Source of the DNA: Octopus vulgaris
Taxonomy: Eukaryota
Length of the DNA: 64,000 bases
Direction of reading: 5' to 3'
Assembly: GCA_951406725.2 (NCBI GenBank)
Contig: OX597818.1
Coordinates: forward strand, 140,740,001-140,804,000
Numbering within the stretch: position 1 is the first letter of the stretch; every line of letters begins with the position of its first letter. Both the position numbers and the translations under genes were made by a program. The notes beneath the pieces are model-generated. The model was not told where the DNA came from. It did no database searches and was given only the letters and a program-made list of their open reading frames with translations. Shown one piece after another: positions 38,896 to 53,784 of the stretch.

Positions 38896-39722
38896 AAAAA
38901 TGAGCAACAAGAATGACTCCGGTAATTTGGTACAATTGTTTCGCACTACAACATTTTATTAAAAGTTGTAAGTATTACAGCAGATTTAAGATGCTGAGTG
39001 CTCTTCAACTCGAACGTTTAAATATTATAAATAAAAATTATGAGTATTCCTATATTTTTCAAATTTTAACTTTTTATTATAATAATAAGAAGAAATATAC
39101 TATGCTACCCTTCAACTTAACTTCCATAGATGACTACAAAAACTTCACTGTAAACTTGAAATTGGAATTTTTTTCTAAATCTAATCTAGTTTTAAAATTA
39201 ATAAAGCTATCCCCCAGTTATAAAATACTATGCCTACTCATAAAAATAAGTGATAGTTTTTTTTCCATACTCTCTGTAAAGAAGATTAATGACCTTTTGA
39301 CACTGACCTAATTTCTTTTCACCAAATAGCAGTAATTGGCATTTTGTTAATGACAACTTGAATTCCTTTTATGGTATTCTGAAACCTCCCTTACCCTCAT
39401 TCCTACAACTAAAAGAATTTCTTTATTACTTCTAATTCTTATAGCAGTTAGATACAACCATAGTTTGGTCAGTTAGTGGCTGGACTTCACAACCTCATGT
39501 GTTCTTAAAATTTAAATCTACATCTTTATCTGTATATCTACCTCCTCTAAAATGTTACTACTTGATTTGAACGCTTTTGTATTATTGGAAAACCTATATA
39601 ATTGGCTGAAGAGCACTCATCATCTTACATCTGCTGTAATACTTACAACTTTTAATAAAATGTTGTAGTGCGAAACAATTGTACCAAATTACCGGAATCA
39701 TTCTTGTTGCTTATTTTTGATC
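38896..39722 (+). mobile_element. Penelope-like remnant with ~112-bp inverted terminal arms
   Basis: 38896-39007 is the reverse complement of 39607-39718; the arms contain a hammerhead; right end abuts (TA)n. Confidence 0.75.
39602..39687 (+). ncRNA. Type I hammerhead ribozyme, canonical core
   Basis: TTGG-CTGAAGA-GCACT-(49 nt)-AGTGC-GAAA-CAATTG-T-A-CCAA; predicted cleavage after A39683 (GUA). Confidence 0.8.
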
Positions 39723-39738
39723 ATATATATATATATAT

Positions 39739-39778
<40 letters not shown>

Positions 39779-40951
39779 CGTATCAATACGGAAATATGAA
39801 TTTTGGAGGCGTTTTGAAAACTTCTTGAAGAAAATCGATTGACAATATAACGGCCTTCTCATTGATTCGAAAAGCTTAATGTAAATATAAAAGATTTATG
39901 CTATCTCACAAGGATGAAACACTATTACGCTTTCTGACATCAATTGTTTTAAGATAAAATGCAAGTAACATGCTCTCCGATATATGAATATTACACGAGA
40001 GACAATTCAATTAAATATCCATCTATTATCTGTATTTTTGGGGTTTTTACTACTTCAAAATAACTATTCAAGTCTTGGGTTATTTAGAGTACGGAAATGG
40101 CAGTTATGTATGTGAAAGATACTTAATTGAATTATTGTTTATGTATCTTGTAATTATTAAAGCCCGTACATAAAGACAATAGAAATACGTAAGAGAGTTG
40201 ATCTTAAAACAAAAATTAATGAAAGTGATGAAGAGAGCTATACTGTTCTTTAATCTACTAATCAAACGTTTTTCTCAGTAAATAACTTTCATAATTTGAA
40301 TGGAATTAAAACATGCATTGATATGTATGTCAATTGTTGAGCTCAAAGTTAAATGATTGCATGTGCGTGTGTGTTTGTGTGTGAGTGCGTGTGAGTGTGT
40401 GCATGTGTGTTTGTGTGTATGATTATATAAACTGTCTATACTGACTTTACGTTCTAAATAGAAATTCCACAGAGGTCGCCTTTCCCATTTATCACTTGCA
40501 ACATTGATTTAATTATTACCCTTCATGTTAATGGAGTTAAAGTATCTAAAAAGTTATGTGATATATTATACCCCAAAGAATGTATAACAGGTTAGATATA
40601 AAAAAAAACACAATATGATATAAACTCTTGATTATTCACTGGTTGATAAGTAAATAAAATTACACTAGAGATTAGAAATATTATTGTTTGTACTTCTCCG
40701 TTGAATGACGTTTTATAGTTTTCTGTGTGGTTTCACTATTTTCTGTGAACATCTTTCTGTACAATTCATATCAAAATACATTTTTCTCAGGACCGTGGAT
40801 TGTCAGAGCCGTTATAGCAGCGGATAAAATATTTGTTCAGGCTCTTTATGTTCTGAGTTCAAATCATTTCCAGTTCAGTCTTGCTTAACGTCATTCTGAG
40901 TTCAATTCAATAAAGCACCTGTAACTGCTTCCCCATTTATTTGTACCAATA

Positions 40952-41166
40952 CTGATTTCAAATTTTAGCACCAGACCAACAGGCTCGGGGTAAGGATTAA
41001 GTTGATTACATCGGCACCAGTTCTTAACTTGTACTTATTTTATCAACCCCTAAAGGGATGAAAATGAAGGTCGACCACCACAGAGATTTGAACTGTCAGG
41101 AAAGACGAACGAAATGCTGCTAAGCATTTTTCTCGGCATGTTAATGATTCTGCAACTCGCTGCCTT
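40952..41166 (-). mobile_element. SINE family C
   Basis: Reverse complement of family C; head-to-head with the next copy. Confidence 0.7.
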
Positions 41167-41199
41167 ATATTTATACCAATATTAGACATCTTTATTAAA

Positions 41200-41415
41200 G
41201 AAGGCGAAGTGTAGAGTGGTTTGCACGCCGGGCAAAGTGCTTAGCGGCATTTCGTCCGTCTTTATGTTCAGAGTTCAATTCCGCCGCGTTTGATTTTGCC
41301 ATTCATCCCTTTCAGGATCGATACAATAAGTAGCAGTTGAGCACTTGAGCGTCGATTTAATTGATTTCCCCATTTCCCCGAACTTGCTGGCCTTGTGCCA
41401 AAATTTGAAACCGAT
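41200..41415 (+). mobile_element. SINE family C
   Basis: GCTTAGCGGCATTTCGTCCGTCTTTATGTTCAGAGTTCAATTCCGCCG..TTCATCCCTTTCAGGATCGATA. Confidence 0.8.
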
Positions 41416-41727
41416 TTTCAAAATCGTTATAAAATATCTCTTTAATCAAGTGTACTCACCGATTTACCCATGAAACAAAACAAAACTATTAGTATTCAAA
41501 ATGATACAAGTGGTGGATTAGAAATATCGACAAAGCATCCGATAAAAGGAAAAGACTTGTAGGCGACGGAGTGGTAAGATGTATGTAGTGGCGATTGGTC
41601 GAATTGAAGAATCGTTAGAACTTCTGAAAAATATATTTGTGGTGTTCCATTGGCAGAATCATTTGAGCTTCAGAAAAATGGCATCACGGTGGATAGCTTC
41701 CTTTCTCTGTCAATCTATCTGTCTGTT

Positions 41728-41785
<58 letters not shown>

Positions 41786-42192
41786 TACATTTTCAATTCT
41801 CGTAGAAGTCAATATTGAATTTCCCCCTTATAAAATAAAATAACATTTTCTGGAGTTGTTTTAATTGTCTATATTCTTTATAAAATATTTAACGTTATTT
41901 CAATATTAATAACAATATTAAAACTATCCATTCTAACAGGTGGTTAATGTCTTTTAAAAGACAAAGTAAAAGTGGAATGTGCATAATAAATGATAGTTTT
42001 TTTAATTACTTAGGAAGCTATTCTGAACGTTTACAGATCCTTACCGAGAATTCTTACGACGGCCCAACAGCATTCAGAAAGAAACGAAATTGTAAGAAAA
42101 ATAAAAGAAATTCTAGAACTGATTTTCTGAAAAATTGACTTCCGTTCATTTATTTCAATTTATTTTCCTCTTCTATCTCAGCATGATATATG

Positions 42193-42242
<50 letters not shown>

Positions 42243-42246
<4 letters not shown>

Positions 42247-42514
42247 TAAAACGGTAAGATAACAAAAGAAAGAAAGAGACCTCAATATTATGTAAATAGA
42301 GGAAATTTATCTATAAAATAATATGTTACATTACTCGACAGTCAAGATAAAACTCTGAGTTTCAGATGCCGAAGTGGATATCCACAACGTCATCTCTTCG
42401 GTTATCTGGCTAAGAAATAGCCAGATAACCGAAGAGATGACGTTGTGGATATCCACTTCGGCATCTGAAACTCAGAGTTTTATCTTGACTGTCGAGTAAT
42501 GTAACATATTATTT
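42243..42514. mobile_element. Foldback element in (TA)n with a perfect 97-bp-arm palindrome
   Basis: Arms 42316-42412 and 42418-42514 around loop AGAAA; (TA)n on both sides. Confidence 0.85.
42423..42485 (+). ncRNA. Variant type I hammerhead motif, mirrored on the minus strand in the left arm
   Basis: AGATAA-CCGAAGA-GATG..CATC-T-GAAA-CTCAGAG-T-T-TTATCT: 6-bp stem I, U4C change, position 17 is U. Confidence 0.55.
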
Positions 42515-44735
42515 ATATATATATATAATTATTATACTTTGGGTGGTTGAACTGTTTAAATTGCCTTAAAATAAAATGAAATATAGAAAAGACTCGGGAA
42601 CTAGTCTAAGAAATATATTCACAGACTCGCAAATCTGGCCAGACATGTAAAAAAAAACAACGTTATCGAGATATATTTAATACCTGAAAGAAAGATGCAT
42701 TAATTTCTGGTTTAAAAGGAAGATTTCAAGAACACGAAGCAATACAATTAAGTTCTCCTGATTTTGTTGTCTATATCCACGAGGGTATCGTGAATAGAAA
42801 TTTAGAGTTCATAAATGATTGCAGAGACATGAAGTTAATATTCGCAAGAGTATATAACATAACCCGCTATCTCTTTGTTTAGAACACATTCAGTTTAAGT
42901 TTAAAGAGAAGCGCATTAACGTTCTACTTTGACTATATATCGTAGTATGTACAAAATATGAAATGGAGCTTTCTATCTCACAGTGGCTCTTAATAATACT
43001 TTTAAACATACTAAGTTTTACGATTAATGTAATTTTCCAGAAATCAATTGATTCTTCTACACATCCGCTTTTACAACTCAGAGTCGTTTCCCTTCATGTA
43101 GATACATTCATTTTATGGAACGTGAATAGTCCATACACTTACCTCTCCCCTACACATATATCTATTTAAATTTCTAGTGTTAGTGTTTAGCTCAAGGTCA
43201 AACATCATAAAGCAGATCTACGACGGAAATTATTCGAGCACTAATCATCACTCACTGTTTTCAGATATACTGTAACTAGGAACACAATATCCATTTGACA
43301 TTTCTTTTGAAAGACTGTAGCGTGTGATTTGAGAGATATTTGATCGTTGTGTCTCGCACGTTCAGCGAACATACAGATATTCACTCATTAGTTACAAAAC
43401 ATGAATAAATGTTGTAGAATCGCACACAAACATCTAAGAATATAAGACTAAATCAAATATGTATAACTTCGTCTAATTTCCCGAGAGACACTGAGACTCG
43501 GAACAATTCTTGGAATACTGATAAAGAATTCTCAAGATAAGGAATATGAAATTATAAATGATACAGCATAGCCGATTGTCCCTGACTTTTTCTTAAACTT
43601 CTATAATATACAACATATTTTTTACTATCCAAAATAAAACTAATGGAGTTAAGAGAAGACTATTCTTATATGAGTTGAAAGCCTAAATGAATATAATTAA
43701 CTTTAAATATTTACATCACAGTAGAAAATATTAAGTTGTTCTTTCATAAGTACAATCATTCTACACACTATGCCATGACATACAAGCGTACTGTTACAGC
43801 AGATTTACGTTACTTAAACACATCTAGGAGGCATGAAACTAATGTTATTGCTAACACTGACATGGTTGGGCGACAGAATAACTAGTGCCAGACAAAAATG
43901 AATTTCAGTAATTAGATCTGCTGCTTTCATTTTATATATTGTTGTTATGCTATAATTTACTCTTCCTTCATCTGTTGTCGATAAGTACCAGCGATCTTTT
44001 GTGTTAATATAGTCAGGTGTTCTGTACTCCATAGCCTCTCATTTTATGAAGAAATGAACAGTAATTAACATTTGAATGAAGAATTTGTATGAAACATGGG
44101 GATATACGTATACAAAGGACAACAATCCGAGTAAATATTCTACTCGGCTTCCACTCAGGATGTTATATATTTCATATACACTGCATAAGCTCCATGAATG
44201 CTTGGGAAGTATTCTCAATGCCTTATAGCTATATAACCTAGTTTCAGATCCTCAAGAATTCGTACGTAAAGAATTTACTTCTTGCATATGCTTTTTTCTA
44301 CAGTCATCAAATAGCATTCGTTCCAATTGCACGTCGATCGATCTCACTATTCTAGAGAAAGTCTCAGAAGTGACCGAAAATCATGAACACGTTCCTTTCC
44401 TTCTAACTAAAAAAATATGAAAAAAAGGTGATATGCTCGATATTCGTTTCAGCCATATTTACAACAGTCAGTATCACTATTTGTATGCCACAAAACTGAG
44501 TTATGCACTGAAAGATTTTGTAGAACAAATCTTCAATAACTAGTATGTTTCAGCGCAATAAAACAATGATTTTCTCATTAACGAAGATAAACAAATAAAC
44601 ACTAAGATTTTCTTTTATTTTCGCCACTTTATAATTACTATCCTATATTTCAATTACGCATAAATTTTATTTGACAATGCGATCAGATAAATAATTGTAA
44701 TTAGAGCAGGAAAAATTATACGTATACTACTACGA

Positions 44736-44780
<45 letters not shown>

Positions 44781-44965
44781 CAGTAACAACAGCATTGCTA
44801 ATACCGCTAATACAACGGCTATCAAACATCACACCAAACTATATCTTTATGACAAATACTTGTATAGAATATATCACCAATGACTGCCCGCTTTCAGAAG
44901 AATATTTTTTGTGCGCGCTCTGATTAACAAAATTAAAGCGATGCAAAAAGCATCTTCAAATATAA

Positions 44966-45014
<49 letters not shown>

Positions 45015-45112
45015 TATTTTCAAAGTGAAAAAATTTATAGATTTTTTCTCTTACGAGGTTTTTCACGCTAACTACTGATAATTTCTTATAAAGATTTTAT
45101 CCTTAATTTTAA

Positions 45113-46180
<1,068 letters not shown>

Positions 46181-46609
46181 AAAAATAATTAATCGATGGT
46201 AGTCAATTTGTTTGTTTAGGTCAAGGTAACCTAAACAAATAGGCATGCGTTCCGAGTGCCCCAATAAGAAACTCACTAAAATTCCAGTCAGAATAACGGC
46301 AATAATTGTGGTTCTGTTGAAGACTTGTTCGAAAAAGACCTGTAGTTGGTGGTCAGTAGTTATTTGTTAAAGTAGTGAAGAAGGCAAATAATCAAGTCAG
46401 GATTATCACATTTAAATTCATTAAATTCAATCTAAAATAGTAATATTATAAAAGAAAACTAGTACATATAATAGATATATGTATTTATGCATTAATAGAC
46501 ATAGAGATACATGCATACACACACTCGCTCACACACGCTCAAACATGTGTGTGTATTTGTGTGTGTATGTGTTTGCGTGTGTGAGTGTATGGTGTGGGTG
46601 TGTGGGTGT

Positions 46610-46895
46610 GTGAAGGCGTATGGCATTTTGGTTAGGGCGTTGCACTGACAATCGCTAGATCGTAGGTTCGATACCTGTAGCAGGCGGTGTTTTGTATTCT
46701 TGAGTAAACCACTGAACTTCACGCTACTCTAGTCCACTCATCTGTCAATGGGTAACGCTGTGACGAACTTGTCTTTCGATGAGGGAAAATATTGGCCAAG
46801 CCAGCGAGATGTCATCGTTTGAAAGCTAAATTGATGCAAAGCGCATTGAGACAAGCGATGTATAACAACATCCGATATTCTGATCTATCACTTGA
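46610..46895 (+). mobile_element. SINE family A head with another tail
   Basis: GAAGGCGTATGGC..GGTTAGGGCGTTG..GGTTCGATACC..TTCTTGAG..GTCCACTCA. Confidence 0.7.
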
Positions 46896-47001
46896 TCGAA
46901 CCGACAACATATATGTCTGTATTTATATGCATATATGTGTGTGTGCGTACGTGTGTGTATGTATATATATATATATGTGTGTATATACATGTATATGTAT
47001 G

Positions 47002-47033
<32 letters not shown>

Positions 47034-47067
47034 TATATCTATATGTATATATGTATATATATGTATG

Positions 47068-47114
<47 letters not shown>

Positions 47115-47971
47115 TGCCACGATCATATATGCTTATTTATATAAGTTATATAAACAAGCGCAATAACTGATACATTATCACGTATATGTTTGCCACTATC
47201 ACATTTATGTATACACCTCTACAAGCACGTACAAACGTTGATGTGTTTCTTGAATCACACCCGCATATAGCTGTGTGTGCTTTTGTATATGTGTGTGTGT
47301 CTTTGCGTATATAGTTACATATATAGATATATGTAACTTTGTGTGCGTATTTATATTGGTATGTACACATTAATTTCAGCTTCCCTTTCAAAGTTAATAT
47401 TTTTAATAGTTTTGTAGCTTTGGAAGCAATTCATCTTCATTTTTATATCGTATCACACGTTAGGTCTAAGTCTATAATGAAATATTTTTATCATCACCGA
47501 TGTAATGTAAATACAAACACATATATTAAAAAAATATATTCAATAAGTGAGGTATAACGATGAAAGTGTATAAATTTATAAACTCATTCATTGATTTTTA
47601 TTTGTTAAGGATTGTGTGCATGCAAGCAGAAAACTACATAAGTAGATAAAATGTTATAACCATTAATAAACAGAGAAGATAGAAAATGGAGAAGAATAAA
47701 ACAAGACAAATAAAAACAGAAAGAAGAAAACGAAAGTGAAAGTAATAAACCGTAAAAAGAAGAGAAGAAAATCAGAAATTTAACACTGCCTTTGAGGGTA
47801 AATAATTAAGATTGATCAAAAGATTAGAATTATACATACAGACAGACATAATACATATATAGATGTAGATATACACACTCACATACAAATACATGTATAT
47901 GTTTACTCATATATATATATATACACACAAACACACACACACACACATACACATGTCTCATACACTCACAC

Positions 47972-48067
<96 letters not shown>

Positions 48068-48600
48068 TCGTTAATACGGGAGGGTTAAAAACCAAAGCGA
48101 TAATGGAAATAGTTAACTTAATATTGTTGATTCTTTATAGTTTATTTTAATTCATTCTTTTTTGCTTGTGTGAACAAAATATATATAATTTAAGCTAATT
48201 AAATCAATGATTTGTTTATTTTTAAATTATGTTTAATTTGGGAATATTATTACTGTAAAAGCTCATTAATTAGTAATTTATTACTGTTGCAATTTTTATT
48301 TTTTTATGTACGTTTTAGATTTAATGTTGGCTACGTTTTTTGTAACATGGCCATTCTTGCTACTAGAAACTACAGTTGATTTACCATCGATTGACACTCC
48401 CCACTGAAAATTACAAAGTAGCTGTTCCTCACTACAAAATCCTTGCTTAAAACTAGGCTTGTATGATCAGCTCTGACCTAGGGCTAAAAAACAAAGACTA
48501 TAGCAACAACCTATCGACTGATTGTCACAAACATAGCGTTAAGATTGACGAGGAAAGCCGGGTGAATCACCATTTCATAAGTCTGTTATACACAACGCGC

Positions 48601-48644
<44 letters not shown>

Positions 48645-48680
48645 ATATATATATATATATATATACATGTGTGTGTGATT

Positions 48681-48865
48681 GATCGTTAGCCACTACACAC
48701 ATTTTTTCTCTCCCTGATTCTCTCGTTTTTTCTGTGTCCCTTTCTATAGAAGACCGTAGACTCGAAACGTAAAAGACTTTTTTTTATTCCTGAGCGTTAT
48801 ACTAATACATCTGTTTGTTTTGTACACCACCTTAGTCTTTTGTTTTTTTCGTAAAAACTCTCCCT
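48681..48865 (+). mobile_element. ~190-bp hammerhead-like repeat, copy 3
   Basis: Aligns to 1029-1220; ends in (TA)n. Confidence 0.75.
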
Positions 48866-49029
48866 ACATATATATATATATATATATACAAGATAAGAAA
48901 ATGGAGAAATACATCTAAATCAAATATCAATTACCTAGCAGTATATTGGATATACGTTATCCCATAGAGGGTTGCACTTACAACCCCTATCTCAATTTGT
49001 ATATATATATATATATATATATATAGCGT

Positions 49030-49474
49030 GCGTAGCTCATTCGCAATTTTTCAACCTGAAGGCAGAAATATACATGTCACTAAAGTGAACAAGGGCAGTA
49101 ATCAGCACCGGTATTGCTAAAAATAACAGTCAAAGCAACGCAATAGCCAACAAAGGCACTATCTTAATTGGCTGACAAGGAAGACAAGCTCTCTATGGTC
49201 GCAGATATGGCCAGATCTTCGATGATTTTGCATTTTGCTGCTTCATGCATCTTAACGCTTATCAGTGGATCTCACCGCACCCTGCCTTAAACTCATCTGG
49301 CCTTGTCAGCTCATGAGATTTCCATTACGATGATACGCTGATTTCAAAAAAGGTAAAAGTGAAAATTATGAATAATATGGATGGCTAATTCGCAATTGTA
49401 CAACCTAAAGGCAGAAGTATATACGCCACTAAAGTGAACGAGGGTACTAACCAGCACTAGTATTGCTAGAAATA
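49030..49474 (+). repeat. Unclassified repeat, two local units with a third at 51950-52115
   Basis: TTCGCA.TT..AACC..AAGGCA..CACTAAAGT..AGGG..A.CAGCAC..GTATTGCTA.AAATAA recurs three times. Confidence 0.65.
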
Positions 49475-49494
49475 ATGTTATCATCGATGATCTG

Positions 49495-49605
49495 CTCACA
49501 AGACTTGGTCGGCTCGAGGCTACAGCAGAATCCCCCAATGTGCCATACAGGTGAACTGGACGCAGAACCATGTGGTTGGGAAGCAAGCTTTCAACTACAG
49601 ACCCA
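49495..49605 (-). mobile_element. SINE family B 5' fragment
   Basis: AACCATGTGGTTGGGAAGCAAGCT is the reverse complement of the family B head. Confidence 0.6.
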
Positions 49606-49681
49606 GTTCACTTGTTACCTTCTCTATTTGTGTCCATTCTAAAATTTACAACTGTATATATACCGATTAATTCATTGATTG

Positions 49682-49932
49682 TGTGGAGGCGCGTGGCTTA
49701 GTGGTTAGGGTGTTGAACTCATGATGGTAAGGTTGTGGTTTCGATTCCTGGACCGGGCGATGCGTTGTGTTCTTGGGCAAAACACTTCATTTTCACGTTG
49801 CTCCAGTCCACTCAGCTGGCAAAAATGAGTAATCCTGCGACGGACCGGCGTCCCGTCCAGGTGGGGAATTTCTATGCCACTGAAACCGGGAAACCGGTTC
49901 TTATGGGCCTAGCTTGGCTCCAGAAGGAACAT
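49682..49932 (+). mobile_element. SINE family A variant
   Basis: GGAGGCGCGTGGCTTAGTGG A box, TTTCGATTCC B box, CORE-like body, CCTGCGACGGACCGGCGTCCCGTCCAG. Confidence 0.88.
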
Positions 49933-50617
49933 TCATTGGTTATATAGCTTAATCATAACTGCTTCTACAATCGTAATTTCACTTAATTCATCTGAAGATT
50001 TCTTGTTAATATTGCTCAGGACCTTCTCTTATGTAGTTGAAAGATACATCATTATTTATTTCAGTTGTACCATCACGTTTTTTCATATGTTTTTTCTTTT
50101 CAAGCCTTAATAACAATGGTCAAAATCTATATATCCACTGCAAATCTATATTGCAATGTGTGTGTGTTTGTGTGTGTGTGTGATTTTCATAAACATGTTA
50201 ATATCATAAACAAATTAACATCATTTACATTGTATATTGCCGCTAGACAATGCCTCACCTCTCGAAGCGAATGTATTTTCAATCAGCCAATCATTTATTT
50301 TGTATGATTTTTCATAGAGTATTTCGTTTCCGCTGTGAATATTGATGCCACAGGTCATACTGAAGAGCTTTACTTAATGCATTTGTTTTTTGATTATACT
50401 AATTAACAAAGACCATAGATGTTTACTCTTTCTGTTTGTGCCACAATCATGCAAGTTTCAAGCTGGCGGCAAAGCATTTTGTCAATAGCCTTTTGTTACA
50501 TGAATTTAAACAACGCTGTTGGATATTTCTGTGAAATAAACTTTGCAAAAATCAAGATCATAGGCGAAATTAACTGAACCAAACTAGTTGATATTCACGG
50601 GAAAGACTAAAAATTGA

Positions 50618-50935
50618 CACTCCGTCTCTTACGACGACAATGTTCCAAATGATCCGATCAACGGAACATCCTGCTCCGAAATTCACGTGCAAGTGGCTGA
50701 GCACTCCAAGAACACGCGTATCCTTGTCTTAGTTCTCGGGGAGATTGAGCGTGACACCAAATGTGACAAGGCCAGCCCTTTGTATTACAGCTACAAATCA
50801 TTTGTGCCAATGAGTGGATTGGAGCAACGTGAAATAAAGTGCCTTGCTCCAGGTCACAATGCACTGTTGTGAATCGAACTCACAATCTTGTGATCGTGAG
50901 CCAATTACCTTAACCACTAAACCATGCGCCTTCAC
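50618..50935 (-). mobile_element. SINE family A, full length
   Basis: Colinear with 2449-2770 and 38426-38745. Confidence 0.88.
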
Positions 50936-51132
50936 TCAAGTGAAAGGAAAGAATAACTGAATGACTGAAATCGCGTTCTCCTTTCTCCATTGACGGTCGC
51001 TTCACAAAGGCTTGTCATGACGTTCTTGCCTTCTACAAAGATTGGTACCATCCCATACTACCAGTCTCAGAGCAAAGACACAAACATACACATACGCAAA
51101 CATATATATGTATATACATATATATCCCTACG

Positions 51133-51312
51133 TAGATCGCTAGCCACTATACCTTTTTCTATTTTTGCTCCCTGTTTGTTGCTGTTTTACTTTCTGTCGA
51201 AGAGCGTAGGCTCGAAACATAAAAGAATTTCTCACCTCCCGAGCGGTAAACTAATACATCTCTTTGTTCTTTACACACCTGTCTTCGTCTGTTGTTTTTT
51301 GTAAATTCTCAC
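51133..51312 (+). mobile_element. ~190-bp hammerhead-like repeat, copy 4 (diverged)
   Basis: TTTCTGTCGAAGAGCGTAGGCTCGAAACATAAAAG; ends in TA-rich sequence. Confidence 0.65.
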
Positions 51313-51376
51313 TATATACATACAGGCATACATACATACATATATATATGTATATATATATATGTATATATATATA

Positions 51377-51879
<503 letters not shown>

Positions 51880-51949
51880 GTGGTTGAGAAGTAAATTTCT
51901 TACCACACAGTCACGCGCCTGCGTCTATGTGTGTGTGTGTAAAATTTAA

Positions 51950-52115
51950 GGTGGCTATTCGCAGTTACTAACCGAAAGGCACAAGTAAAGTCGTCACTAA
52001 AGTAGCTGAGGGTGCTAGTCAGCACCAGTATTGCTAGAAATAAGAGTCAAAACAACTCTTGGTCACGTGAGAGCACTTATCTAACGACTGACAAAGGAGA
52101 CAAACTCCCTACGGC
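51950..52115 (+). repeat. Unclassified repeat, third unit
   Basis: Homologous to 49030-49200. Confidence 0.6.
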
Positions 52116-52161
52116 AAGTATGTATATACAGGTATGTATGTATATACATATATATATATAT

Positions 52162-52342
52162 AGGCGCAGGAGTGGCTGTGTGGTAAGTAGCTTGCTAACC
52201 AACCACATGGTTGCGGGTTCAGTCCCACTGCGTGGCATCATGGGCAAGTGTCTTCTGCTATAGCCCCGGGCCGACCAATGCCTTGTGAGTGGATTTGGTA
52301 GACGGAAACTGAAAGAAGCCTGTCGTATATATGTATATATGC

Positions 52343-52378
<36 letters not shown>

Positions 52379-52587
52379 TTATGTGTCTGTGTTTGCCCCC
52401 CTAGCACTGCTTGGCAACCGATGCTGGTGTGTTTACGTCCCCGTAACTTAGCGGTTCGGCAAAAAGAGACCGATAGAATAAGTACTGGGCTTACAAAGAA
52501 TAAGTCCCGGGGTCGATTTGCTCGACTAAAAGGCGGTGCTCCAGCATGGCCGCAGTCAAATAACTGAAACAAGTAAAAGAGTAAGGA
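52162..52587 (+). mobile_element. SINE family B, best local copy (tRNA head, internal TA/TG tract, CR1-type tail)
   Basis: GTGGCTGTGTGGTAAG A-box-like, GGTTCAGTCCC B-box-like, GGGCAAGTGTCTT CORE-like, tail at 52532-52570. Confidence 0.9.
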
Positions 52588-52624
52588 GTATATATATATA
52601 TATGCATGTATGTATGTATGTATA

Positions 52625-53080
52625 TATATATACACACATACACACATACATACATGCATACATACATACATACATACATACATACATACATACATACATA
52701 CATGCATACATACATACATGCATACATACATGCATACATACATACATACATAAATACATACATGCATACATACATACATATATACATACATACATACATA
52801 CATGCATACATACATGCATACATACATACATACATACATGCATACATACATGCATACATACATACATACATACATACATACATACATACATACATACATA
52901 CATACATGCATACATACATACATGCATACATACATACATACATACATACATACATACATACATACATACATGCATACATACATACATATATACATACATG
53001 CATACATACATACATACATACATACATACATAAATACATACATGCATACATACATGCATACATACATACAAACATACATA
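52625..53080. repeat. (CATA)n/(CATG) microsatellite, about 450 bp
   Basis: Source of the long MYVC and HTYI ORFs. Confidence 0.97.
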
Positions 53081-53282
53081 TATAAGAGCTAGATAAATAG
53101 CGTGCATGTATGAGTCGTGTGCGTGTATTTGTAAAGTAAACATATGTAATGACATGCGATCCTATAACTGTATTTTTTATATTTTGTTTATACAAATAGT
53201 TTGAAACACAGTATGGAAAAAATATATTACATTCCGATACGATGATAATGATGACAATGTTAATGTGAATATAGTGACAGCG

Positions 53283-53405
53283 ATGGTGGCGGCGGCAGCG
53301 GCGGAGGCGGCGGCGGCGGCGGCGGTGGCGGTGGTGGTGGTGGTGGTGGTAGTGGTGGAGGTGGTGTCGGCGGCGGCAACGTTGGCGATAGTAGTGGTGG
53401 TGGTG
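53283..53405. repeat. (GGC)n/(GGT)n microsatellite
   Basis: Visible triplet runs. Confidence 0.9.
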
Positions 53406-53784
53406 TAATCGACAAGCTCCTACCCAGAACATTTCACAACGTGTGTCTATAGTAGAAACGATTGCCATTATTATTATTATTAGTATTAGTATTATTATTA
53501 TTATTATAGACGTCGCATTGTATACAATATCGTGAGGTTGTTCAATGAAGATATCGTGTCTACCGGGGATTTGTACTGTTTGTCAAGTCACAATAAGGAC
53601 CTCTATTATACCTCCCCAATTTTGGGGAATTTTATTGTTTGATTGTATTGTTAACAGTCATTGTTATTTTATTGTTTACTCGATTTTTGTTATACCCCAA
53701 GTGTGCCCAGTTTTGAATTGTCCTATTTGTTGTGCGTTCGGCCCTTGTGGCCAAGAAAGAATCGATTATTATTATTATTTATAG

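Noticed and set aside
49682-49760. tRNA gene
   Set aside because: A and B boxes continue into a SINE body with no complete cloverleaf; the same applies to the other SINE heads.
52258-53468. 273-325 aa ORFs (MYVC/HTYI)
   Set aside because: Translations of the (CATA)n tract.
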